Positions 37,356 through 49,307 of a stretch of 64,000 nt of DNA are shown one piece after another. Within the stretch, counting starts at the first letter, position 1, and every line of letters starts with the position of its first letter. Both the position numbers and the translations under genes were made by a program. Origin of the DNA: Amoebidium appalachense (lineage: Eukaryota; Protista; Ichthyosporea); the NCBI GenBank assembly GCA_963693365.1, contig CAVNZM010000008.1, forward strand, positions 5,046,310 through 5,110,309, in the 5' to 3' direction. Below the pieces are notes generated by a model that did not search any database, was not told the origin of the DNA, and saw nothing but the letters and a program-made list of their open reading frames with translations.

Positions 37356-39601
37356 GGTGTGTGTCTGTGTGTGTGTGTGTGTGTCTGCATGTGTGTCACG
37401 GTGTTTCTGCATGTGTGTGTGCGCGCATGGACACGTGCCACACATGTTTGAGGGGAAGTGTTTGAGTGAGACCGGGAGCTGTGAGGAAGGGGGTGATCAT
37501 GCCGATGATTTGTTGGGTTGACTCGTATGTCGTTGAGTGACACGCGCACGCGCGCACGCGCGCGCGCACACACACACACACGGACAAACAACTGCCCTGT
37601 GAATAATATGTCTCCTGCACTGGTTATGATGTGAAGTGGGTTGTGTGTGTGGTTGTGATCCAGGTGCATTCTAGATTTTCAGTTTCATTGTGTGTGGCTA
37701 CGAAGACATCCTCCCCCCCCCCCCCCCTCGCGGCCCACACCCTTTGAGAATGGGTTTATCCTAAGGTTGCATACGGTTTGTTGTTCATGTAGCATCTCAA
37801 CATCCACCGTATTATAATCGTGAAGTTGCACTTTGTAGCCTATTCCGCATTCCTGACCAACCCTCCCCCCCCCCCCCCCCCCCGCCCTCTCCCTTCTCAG
37901 GATGGAGAGCATCAATTCACTCCCAACGACATTGATGGTCTGTGGGGATGTGGCCGTGATCTTGTTGTTGCTACGGACCAAACATTCTTTCACGCTACCT
38001 TCTCCCCCACGAGCCCCCCCACCCTTTCATGGACCCCACTCACCACCGTTCCCCCCAACCTACTCGAGGGGGGTCTTACAGCGACCTTCATCGAAGGGAA
38101 GGGGCTGTGCGTGGCCGCCCTGGTCTCTGAGCCGAAGGAGAGAGACCTCATGGCTCCCAAGATTATACCTCTGACCCCCCCTCCCTGTTATCTCATGCGT
38201 TACACCCCTGAGAGTGGGTGGGTGCGAATTTGCAGTGTTCCGCCGGCCAGCGCGTGTCTAAATATATCGGCCAATGGGGTTTATGCAGTTTGGAAAGTCA
38301 TGAAGAGGTTTGGGGCGCCGGAGGAAGGGGAGAGGGGCGACTTTTGGGGTGCGGAGATGAGGGAGGGTGTGGAGAGCAGGCGGCTTACGTGGGTATGTGG
38401 GTGTGTGTGTGGGGGGGGGGGGGGGGGGGAGGGGTAGGGGGGAGGTTGTTGATGGGTGGGTGGGTAGGTGGGTGGGTGGGCGGGTGGGTGTAAACGGGGG
38501 TGGGAGGGGGGGGGGAGGGGGGGGGGGGGAATGATGTAGGCGGGTATGTGGGTGGGGTTTTTTTTGGGGGGGGGGGGGTGGGTGGGTGGGAGGGGGGTGG
38601 GTGGTGGATGGGTGGGTGGGTTTGTGGGTGGGGTTGGGGGGAGGCGGAGGGGGGAAAGGGAGAGGGGGGCGGGAGGGGTTGGTAGGTTGATGGGTGGGTG
38701 GGTTTGTGGTTGGGTGGATGGGAGGGTTTGGGTGGGGTTGAGGGGAGGGGGAAGGGGGTGGGTGGGGTGGGTGGGTGGGTCGGTGTTTGTGAAAAGAGGG
38801 GGGAGGGGGAGGGGGCAGGGAAGGGGTTGGTGGTTGGGTATGTGGGTGTGGGGAGGGGGGCAAAGGGAGGGGGATGAGGGGGGGGGGGGGGGGGGGGGGG
38901 AAGGAGTTGAAGTGCAAAAAGGGTGGGAAAGGCAACGGAAAGGGATGTATCTAACCAGTAAAGAGGAAGGCAGGGTTTGCGTGGGGTGTGGTCTAACAAA
39001 CTCATCAACTCCCCCTCCCCCCCCCCCCGCCTGCCACCCGCCTGCCCGCCCGCCCGAGGAGGGGCCCTGCTTATTAATATGCATGCTCTTTGTGTGGCTT
39101 GCTCTCCGCATCACGTAAGTCCGTTATGAATGTGTGCTTCAGCTTCTATAACACATTCTGATTCCTTCCCCCCCCCCCCCCCCTTCCCCTCTCTCCTCCC
39201 CCCGCCCCCCTCCTTCCCCACCCCCCCCCCCCCCCCCCCCTTTCCCCCCTCCCAGCTGACTGGGCGTGTAAGTGATGCACGTGTGAGCAGTGCTGGGCAC
39301 GTGGTGTACCATGGCAACCACAGCCAAGATCGACCAATCACAACACACCAGGACCTGTGGCTGCTCCAATGGAATGCAGACAAGGCCGAGCAGCCAATCA
39401 GGATCACCGGTGTGTTCTCAGACTAGCCCCCTCCCCCGCCCCCCTCCCCCCTCCCCCCCCCTCCTCCCCCCTCCCCCCACACACACACACAAACATGGAT
39501 GACACCTAGATATCCCCCCCCCCCCCCCCAAAAAAAAAAAAAAAAAAAAAAGTGCCCATGCCCACGGTGTATTTGCAACACTTATAACTCATTTCTACCC
39601 C

Positions 39602-39632
<31 letters not shown>

Positions 39633-40521
39633 ACATACACACACACACCGATCCTATTACATATATCCATTCCTCCCCATCCTCCCCCCATCCTCCCCAC
39701 CCCCCCACCCTCCCGCACGTCTCTGTCTGATTTTTGTGTGTTACAGAGTATCGAAATCAGCATCCATGGCATAGCTTCTATATACCCCCCTCTCCCCCTC
39801 CCCTCCCCCCTCCCCCCCCCCCCCCCCCCCCCCCCCATCCCCACCCCCACCAGATTTCCCACACACCTTCTAACCTCCCCCCCCCCCCCCCCCCCCCCCC
39901 CCCTCACACACACACACCCCCCACCCCAGCCCCCATCGTCATCCCTGTCTCTGTTGTGCAGCCGATGTTATCAAGGAGGCGTATTTTAAATGACCAATAT
40001 TTGGGTGCTTTTCATTGGTTAGACACACACTTGGAATGTGCTGTAAACCAAAGGTGTAACGGGGCCTCCATAGATGTTGCGGGAATTATCTAGGGAGAAT
40101 AATTGATGGGTTCTGATTGGTGGGGACAGGAGGCAACACGTATATTGAGTCGTGGGGGTGGAAGGAGGACGGAGTGAGTCTTTGGGTCAGCATGCTACAG
40201 GTGGGTGGGTGTGGGTAGGGGATGGGGTGTGGGTGGGTGGGTGGGTTGTAGATGTGTGGGTGGGGAGAGAATGAACGAGTGGGCGGGGGAGGGATGGGGA
40301 GGTAGGTGGATGGGTGGGTTTTTTTTTGTGGGGGGGTAGGGAGGGGGGAGGGGGAGGTGGGGGGTTTTGGGGGGGGGGGGGGGGGAGGGGGGAGGGTTGG
40401 TGGGGTTGGGGGTGGGGACTGGTGGGAGGGTGGGGGGGGGGGGGGGGGTTTGAATGGACGAGGGTAGGTGAGTGTGGGTGGGTGGGTGGATGCGGGTGTG
40501 TGGGTGTTTTCATGTGTGTGT

Positions 40522-40557
<36 letters not shown>

Positions 40558-40853
40558 GGAGGTTGGGGGTGGGGGGGTTAAATGTGAGTGTATATGTGTT
40601 TTGATGTGTGTGGGTGTGTATGTGTACGTGTGTTCAGGGGAAGAAGAGGGGGATGGATGATGTTCCGTCAAACAAGACCATTGGTAGCTGTGTGGGGCCA
40701 ATTATATGTGTGTTGTGTGTGGGTGCAGGCTGGTGTATGTCTTCATCGGTGGCTGAATTATGCATCGGGCTGCATGCACGTTGGGGGAACGGGTAGTCTG
40801 CATGTGGTATGGCCACCTTCAGCATATGCACAGACTTACAGACCCATATACAC

Positions 40854-40909
<56 letters not shown>

Positions 40910-42314
40910 CGACACACACACACACACCCCTCACTCCTCCCCTCCCCTCCCCACCCCTCGGCCACCCTCGGTCCCTCCCCTCACCTCCTCGCCCCCACAT
41001 TTCCCTCCCCCCCCCCTCCTCCCCCCCCCCCCCCCCCTTCCCCACACACACACGTACAGGGAGTGCACCGTGCCAGTTGCACTGTGACCCTGAATGGTGG
41101 CTGGAAATCAAAAACCCCCCTAACCCCCGCAATTTCGGGTGTGGTCTCATGGAATGCACATGGGGAGGGTCTGTGGCCCACCGAGGATCCAACCAGCTAC
41201 CAGCGACTGCACTGCACCGCATCCAGCCAGCCAATCAGATTGCCCCATCCACAAGAGTGCGACGATCTGGTGGTATGTCAACCCATCCCCCCCCCCCCCT
41301 CCCCCCACCCCCACCCCCCTTCCATCCCCCCTCCAATCCCCCTCCCCCCCCCCTCCCCCCGCGCAACAAAAAAGCCCCCCCCCCCCCCCCCCCCCAAAAG
41401 AAAGAAACTTACCCCCCCCCCCCCCCCCCCCCCCTCAACCGGTGAAAAACCCCCTCATCCAAGGCAACTCCCTCACATGTTGCATACGCAAACCCTCAAA
41501 TGTGTCATTATTGCGCGGAGACAAATTCGAGGGTTTCACTTCGCTGAGCCACCAGCACCGGCCAGCTCATTGACCGGGACTGGGCTGAAACTGAACATGC
41601 TGCGATTTGGGCAGCTTAGTTGGGCACTGGTGACGTCACTATCATAATAGGAGTGACGTCATGGGATAGGGCACCCTCGTGCAAATACAACACCAAGGCT
41701 ATCGATACTGGGCCCCTTTTGATTGGTTCTGATTTGTTTCTTATTGGATGGTGGGATCATTCTAGTTTTTTTTTCCATGCACGTGGTGGGTGTGTAAGTA
41801 CTTATAGAGCACACACGTGCTCATGTTGGACAGCAAAAAGGGCTCTACAATCCTCATCCTACTTGCCCGTGTGTGTGTGTGTTGGCTCTCTAGACGTCCG
41901 GTGCCTCAGTGTTGTTTAAACTCACATCATGCACACGAAATTATAACTCCCCCCTCCCCCCCCCCCTCCCCCCTCCCTCACACACACACACACACACATT
42001 TGTACACACACCCCTGTTCTCCTCCTCTTTCTTCGTGTTTCCCAGCGAGCCACAAACTTAACCATCGATATCTCATATCCTTCCTTTGCCTTTATCACCC
42101 CCCCCCCCCCCCCCCCCCCCCCCCCCGCCTGCCCCCTCCGACCCATTAGGTGGACGTCCTCACATGGTCTGCGCCTGACGGGCAGCCAATCACTGGTGTT
42201 CTTGCCCGGCACGTGGGTGCACCAGCCAGTGCCCAGCTTATAGTGCACATCCACGGGGGACCGGCCACGGCACAGAGGGGGGATAGGGCCATAGCTGCTG
42301 CTTGCACGAGGTGA

Positions 42315-42355
<41 letters not shown>

Positions 42356-42961
42356 GACATGCACACAGGCATATGCACACAGGCAGAGGCGCATTGAGAA
42401 CAGGCACGGGCACATGCACGGACACAATTACGAACGGTTGTAATAATCGTGCACAAACACACCTATCATCTGCACACACACGGCCAAACACATTCCGCCT
42501 TCTCACTCCTCTACCACCTCCTTCCCCCCCCCCCTCTCCCGCGTTCCTCTCCCTTTTTGATTGCCCTCCCCTTCCACATTTCTCCACACATGCGCGCACA
42601 CGTACACACACACACACACACACACACACCACACACACACACACACGTGCACGTGCACGTACACACACACACACGTGCACGTGCACGTACACACACACAC
42701 ACACACGCACACGTGCACGTGCACGTACACGTACACACACACAGGTACCCCTACCGGCAGCTGCTTGCTGCAGGCTATGTTGTGCTGCAGCCCATGTACC
42801 GTGGCACCCTCGGATATGGTGACGCATTTGCACAGGCAAATATCACCCGCCAGGTGTGTGTGTGTAGGGGGGGGGGGGGGGGGGAGGGAGGGGGGGCGCG
42901 TGTGAATGTGTGGGTGGGTGGATGTGTGTGTGTGTGTGTCTGTGTCTGTGTGTGTGTCTGT

Positions 42962-43001
<40 letters not shown>

Positions 43002-44703
43002 ATGTGCTTTTGTGTCCATGTTTGTGTATGGTTTGTGTGTGCGCGCGCGGGTGTGTGCAGGCACTTATTTATATTCCCCGTGTGTGGTTACCTCATACAG
43101 TATATTTACTGCATACTTGAATGTTTGCCTTTGCATGTGTCCTGCACCATGCTTCTCATCGTGTATGCGTACTTCGTACTGTGTTCCGCATTCAAAACCC
43201 CCCCTGTCTTCTTTCAGAGGTGTCCTTTCAGGACAGACCACTGTGTGGAGACATCTTTACTTCCATGCAACCGGGCATGGTTGCTCTGTGTCGTGCATCT
43301 GTAAGCACATACGCGTTTGTCGCTGCACTGCATTAGTTTGCACATACATCTTCACCGTTTTGCTCACCTTGCTTGCATAAGCAACCCTGCTCGTCTTTGA
43401 TCAAGACGGGTTGACCCACCCAAGTTCAGTTGATGCTGCTGTCTGAGTTGGAGCGTCGTATATACGCGGGCTAAGGGGTCGAAACTCAGACGCAATTGAT
43501 GACTTGGGCCCTCCCTGAGGATGGGCTCTGCTTATGACGCATACTGTGCGCATGGCTGATGCTGCATACTTGAATGTTTGCCTTTGCATGTGTCCTGCAC
43601 CATGCTTCTCATCGTGTATGCGTACTTCGTACTGTGTTCCGCATTCAAAACCCCCCCTGTCTTCTTTCAGAGGTGTCCTTTCAGGACAGACCACTGTGTG
43701 GAGACATCTTTACTTCCATGCAACCGGGCATGGTTGCTCTGTGTCGTGCATCTGTAAGCACATACGCGTTTGTCGCTGCACTGCATTAGTTTGCACATAC
43801 ATCTTCACCGTTTTGCTCACCTTGCTTGCATAAGCAACCCTGCTCGTCTTTGATCAAGACGGGTTGACCCACCCAAGTTCAGTTGATGCTGCTGTCTGAG
43901 TTGGAGCGTCGTATATACGCGGGCTAAGGGGTCGAAACTCAGACGCAATTGATGACTTGGGCCCTCCCTGAGGATGGGCTCTGCTTATGACGCATACTGT
44001 GCGCATGGCTGATGCTGCATACTTGAATGTTTGCCTTTGCATGTGTCCTGCACCATGCTTCTCATCGTGTATGCGTACTTCGTACTGTGTTCCGCATTCA
44101 AAACCCCCCCATGTGTACGTCGTCCCATATATTGAACCCTCCAGCTCTCTCTCTCTCTCCCCCCCCCCCCCCCCCTCTTCCCCCCTCCCCCCCACGTTCA
44201 TACGTCTCACCGTATCATGACCCCCCATGCATCTCTCATACCCTATCTTGAACCCCCCCCTCCCCCCCCCCCCCCTCCCCCGATACATACCTCATACCTT
44301 ATTGTGACCCCCCTTTCATAACTCACGTACCGTATCACGACCCCCCATGCATCCCTCTGATCGCATCTGAACCTTCTCTGCCATAACTTATACCGATCTT
44401 GCCCCCCCTCCCCCCCCCCCCCCCCTCCCCTCCGTGTTCCGCATTCAAACCCCCCCCCCCCCCCTCCCCTTGGTGAATGGGTCGAAACTGGGTACTGTGG
44501 ATGACTTGGGCCCCATTTGAGGATGCATTATTATGCACACTCTTGGTATGGTTTGCATTCTGCTTTATGTTATCCGTTATGATTGTGTATTTCGTCATCT
44601 AGAACATATTCTAAACCTTCTCTCTCCTTTCCCCCTTGCATTCTGCATCGTGTTATCCGTTTGTTCTTGTGTACTTCGTACTTTTTGACGCATTCAAACC
44701 CCC

Positions 44704-44734
<31 letters not shown>

Positions 44735-45354
44735 ACAGGGTCTTCACCACGGTGATCTAGGAGACATACTCTCAGGCATCGAACACGTGCGCAGTCTTAA
44801 CCGGTGTAAATTGGGGCCGGTGGGGATTTTTGGCGGAAGCTATGGAGGTTACATGACACTTAGGTGCATGGCCGTTGCGGGGGATGTGTTTGGGTGCGGT
44901 GTGGGTCAGTACGGGTTCATACACAATAGGTGGATGAGTTATGAGGGGGGGGATTTTACATTCGAGGATGAATATTTGGCTCAGGGAAGGAGGAAATTCT
45001 GGCCGCTGACTAATGAGGTAAAACCCCCATGAATACCCCCCCCCCCTCCCCCTTCCTCTCTCCCCCTCTTCCTCTCCCTCACAGTCTGATCCCCCCCCCC
45101 CCCTCCCCCCGGCGGCCGCCGCCCTAGCCCCTTCCTCATCGTCCCCCTCGCTCTCTCTCATGTTCTGAGCCGTTTCTCGTCCCCTCCCCTTCCCCCACCC
45201 CTGCCTTGTTTGGAAATTCAAACCAACACTGGAGTGATAATGTACAAGAGGTTGAGAAAAAGGGATGCGAGGATGAAGGGTGTACATCGTGTCTCCCTCA
45301 CGTGTTATGCTCTATCTTCTGCAACCCTCCCTCCCCCCCCCTTTACCCCCCCCT

Positions 45355-45404
<50 letters not shown>

Positions 45405-46001
45405 CACACACACACACATCCCCCTGCCGCAGCAACCATGCGCTAAACATAGGTATGCACACATGGACAGGCCCACACACAGATGCTTAAACACACACAG
45501 AGAGAGGAAGGGAGGCACACCCACACACCCAAGTACAACCACACACGCTTACACACACATACGCACACACAGACACTCGACTGACCCACCCAACTACAAC
45601 ACACACACACACCATATACAACCCCACCCACCCACTCAACCTATTGAGATGCACACACATCTCTTCCCCTCCCCCCCCCCCCCCCCCCCCCGGGCACACA
45701 CACACACACACACACACACATGCATACACAAACACACACACTCGCTCGAGGCTCACTCGCTCACTCATGCACTAAAACACACTGACACACTGAAGCACAA
45801 CCACAACCCCCCCCCCCCCCCCCCCCCCCCCGGCCCCCCCTCCTTCCCCCACCCCCTCTCTCTGCCCCACCCATCCACACACCCCCCCCCCACACACACA
45901 CACACACACACTGACCCACCTCCTCCCCCTCCCCCCACCCACCCCACCCATCCCCCTCCCCTCCCCCTCCCCCTCCCCCCACCCCCTCCTTCCCCCCCCC
46001 C

Positions 46002-46032
<31 letters not shown>

Positions 46033-46299
46033 ACACAGGACACAGCCAGTGACGTGTTCGAACACCTTCACGCCATCAAGGGCCCAGTGCTCTTGATGCA
46101 CGGCCAAGATGACGACATCTGCCCTCCCAGCCAATCATTGGTAGCGTATCACGTGATCAGGGATAGCGGCGTTCCCACGGGCCTGATTTTGTACCCTGGG
46201 GAGGGCCATGGGTTCGATCGACCAATGAACAGGCAGGATCGCGATCGGAGAATACTGGTGTGGTTTAGGGAGTACATGCCCACGGATATGCCTAATTAG
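36210..46299 (+). CDS. S9 family serine peptidase (acylaminoacyl/dipeptidyl aminopeptidase-like; probable beta-propeller plus alpha/beta hydrolase)
   Basis: Exons 36210-36329, ~36863-36916 (uncertain), 37138-37230, 37901-38392, 39256-39409, 40130-40200, 41060-41272, 42150-42310, 42745-42853, 44739-45017, 46039-46299. Motifs [25 protein letters not shown], nucleophile [17 protein letters not shown] (Asp) and YPGEGHGF (His). Confidence 0.92.
43109..44110 (+). mobile_element. Head-to-tail array (2.2 units of 453 bp) of the structured repeat, subfamily B
   Basis: Sequence at 43109 recurs at 43562 and 44015 (offset 453), apparently identical. The array starts mid-unit and ends at CATTCAAAA-C7. 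Lies in peptidase intron 42854-44738. Confidence 0.95.
44434..44700 (+). mobile_element. Cluster of short or diverged 3' fragments of the same repeat family
   Basis: 44434-44450 (GTGTTCCGCATTCAAAC then C-tract), 44472-44617 (diverged, GGGTCGAAACTGGGTACTGTGGATGACTTGGG...) and 44635-44700 (subfamily A 3' end then C-tract). Confidence 0.85.
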
Positions 46300-46989
46300 G
46301 TTATTAGGTGTGCATGCTGGTTGGCCGATGGGGGGTGTTGAGAGTGCTCATATGCGAGTGCATGAGGTTCCTGATATGGTTATTGTGCGTGGGCCATAAT
46401 TGGGGTAGATTTGTACGACGTCTGGTTTGTTTTGCAGGCTGGATGATAGTTGTACAGTTTGCTGATTGGGTAATGGGTTGGTTGCTGACTAGGGATGCTT
46501 TCGTAATTACCTGTCATATATGGTAACTGCGACGTGTGCTGATTAGTGATTGGACTCATGTCATGATGTCCACATTGCCTTGTTTGATTTAATGAATCAG
46601 CACGATAGAGTGAGGTTTTCTTTTAAGTGTGTTCCTTATCTGGTGATAGATCTGGGTAAAACGGCAGAAGTGAACACCTACCCTCCCCGTTATGATGGGG
46701 TGTGACCTAATGTGGCAAGTAGTTGTGCGGGTGATTTTTAACCCTGGCTATTGCTGACCGGCATATTGTCGTTAGGGCCAATAAGAGTGCAGCAATAAAA
46801 TTTAAAGGCAGTATCTGAATTGTAACCAGTATTGGACTCAGAGGTTGTAGTCTAATGTGTGTGTGCACCACATGCATATGCCACACCGTGCACAAGGGCA
46901 CCAGTGTGCGGCGTGTGTTCACGGCATTGTGTGGGGCAGGACTTGACTAATATTAGTATATGTACGTGTACACTTGTATGCACTGGCAC

Positions 46990-47024
<35 letters not shown>

Positions 47025-48799
47025 TGGTTGGGGGGGGGGGGAGGGGAGGGGGGAGGGGGGGGGTCCCGCAGCGTGCGTGCACGAGCATGTTTCGAAAGCC
47101 TTTTGTGCGCCTGCGTTGTTTCGCAGAGCTAGATGAGTGTGTGAGCCTGTGCTTTGCTTTTATTTAGACTGTCAGTGACGGCAGGCACTGAGCAATTGCA
47201 AGAGCAGGCAAATGCGGTGGCCCTTGAAGGGGCGGGGAAGAGGGGGGGGGGGGGGGGGGGGGGGGGGGAAGAGAGCAGGGGGGGCGAGGGAGAAGCGGGG
47301 GCGCGGGGTGCACGAGGGGGGGGGGGGTGCACGTGGGGGGGGGGGGGGGGGGGTTGAATGTACCTTGAGGGCAACACATCAAACCTTGGGTCGAACGGCC
47401 CGGGCCCGGAAGTACAAACTTACCCTAACCCCCCCCCCCAAAAAAAAAGAAAGAAAGAAAAACACTCGCATGGGTGCGTGCGTTCACACACGTGCACGCA
47501 CACACATAAACCGTAACATGAATCTCAAGCATCTTCCCCCGGCCTCCCCTCCCGCCCCCAATTAATGAACCTCAACTGTCGATCACAAATTCCAATGCCC
47601 CTAAGAAATTTTAAATTAATCGATTACTAGGGCATCTGCCAATCATGACGGCCGGCCGCGTCCTTCTGTCCTTTTGTGTTTGCCCAATCACTGTCATGCA
47701 TATGTGCTGCATCACAAGGGTGCACTTAGTGTTGCAAGCCATGGTCCGTGGCCCCTTAATCCCCCCCTCCCCCCTCCCCCTCCCCCTCCTTTTACGTACA
47801 ACCAACATTAGACCAGGGCGAGTAGAATTATCGTACGGGACGGTCCTATGCGCGAAAGCATCCACCGAACCACCCACACACCCCGAGCGCAGCCACGTAC
47901 ACCGCGCACACACATCTGCACACTCTTCCCCCCCCTCCCTCCCCCCCCCCCCCCCCCCCCCCCCCCTTCCCCCACTTCCCGGGCCACCTTCACCCCCCCC
48001 CCCCCCCCCAAAAAAAAAAAAAAGAAAGAAAGAAAGACAACACGTGCACGTGCACATATCAACACGGTGGCTCTGCTTGGTGCATAAGTTGCAGCATCCT
48101 GCAGGGTCACCGGTGACTTATAAAAAAGAAGCCCCTGGAAACACTAGCGGGATATTTGAGGCTTACGTATTGCACTTAGTGCTCGATCCGTTTCTTGCTT
48201 GCACATCGACAGAGGCAAATGTCCTACGTATGACCTGACCTCCTGTAAATTTTTTTAAGGAAGAAATGCATCGGATATATGACCACATATGGCATTGCTC
48301 GTCACCCATTACCATATTTGGCCATTACTATTTTTGGCAATGCTCTCCCATAGGGGGGCACCTACCTGCCAGCCACATGACCATATGCCTTAATCCGGGA
48401 TACAAAATTGCAAGGGAAATTATCTCACTAGAAATAAGACGCAAGTGCTTTAATTGGTGTTTGTGGAGGGACCCAATCCCAATATTTCAAGTCTTTATTG
48501 CATACAGCGTCGTACCAGTGGCACGTGGACACGAGTCCTCCAATCAGATGTAGCCATCACATCGCCAGCGGCCAGTACGTATATTACAGAAGCATGCACT
48601 TTGCAGCCTTGGGCCAACCCTGGAACTAGATTGGGTCAAAACGTATATTTGCGCAAGCAGGGCATGCTTTGCTTTCCGTGACCATGGCAAGGAAGGCAGT
48701 TTATACTGGAAGGCTTCTAGAAGGTGAAACAAACTTAATCCCTTTTCATATTACTTCATTGAGTTGGGAGTGCCCCTCCCCCCCCAACCCCCACTCCCT

Positions 48800-48836
<37 letters not shown>

Positions 48837-49307
48837 AACTCCTCCTCCCCTCAACCAACCAAACCAAACCAAAAAAAAAAAAAAAAAAAAGAAAAAACCC
48901 AAGTACATACAATGCCATAATAGTAATACTAATACTGATGCTAATCATTTGTCATTCAAAACTATTATGTTGCACAGGTCCATGAACAAAGGAAAGGAAG
49001 AGAGAGTGTTACATGCCACCGCCTTGTTTCTCTCTCTCCCTCCCCTTCCCCCCCCCCCCCCCCCCCCCCCCCCCTCCCCCCCCCCCCTCCAAATTAGAGC
49101 AGTCACGGACACAACACGGGCGCAACGAAATACAGTCACAGAAGCTCAGCAAAATTCCATTGGGCAGCTGCAACTTCAAAAGTCTCCAATTTTCAGCCAA
49201 TGGGATGTCTGCATAGATATGGCCTTCTTCTCTCAAGATCTTTGAACATCAGCCTACACCTTCATCAGGCTGATTTAAGGCCCCCAATTCACCATAAAAA
49301 CACTATA

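Noticed and set aside
43446-43530. Canonical hammerhead, C/D snoRNA, SECIS, TPP riboswitch or group I core in the structured repeat
   Set aside because: Partial motifs exist (CGAAAC, CTGAGGA, TGATGA..CTGA), but the required order or stems are missing in each case; kept as an unclassified structure.
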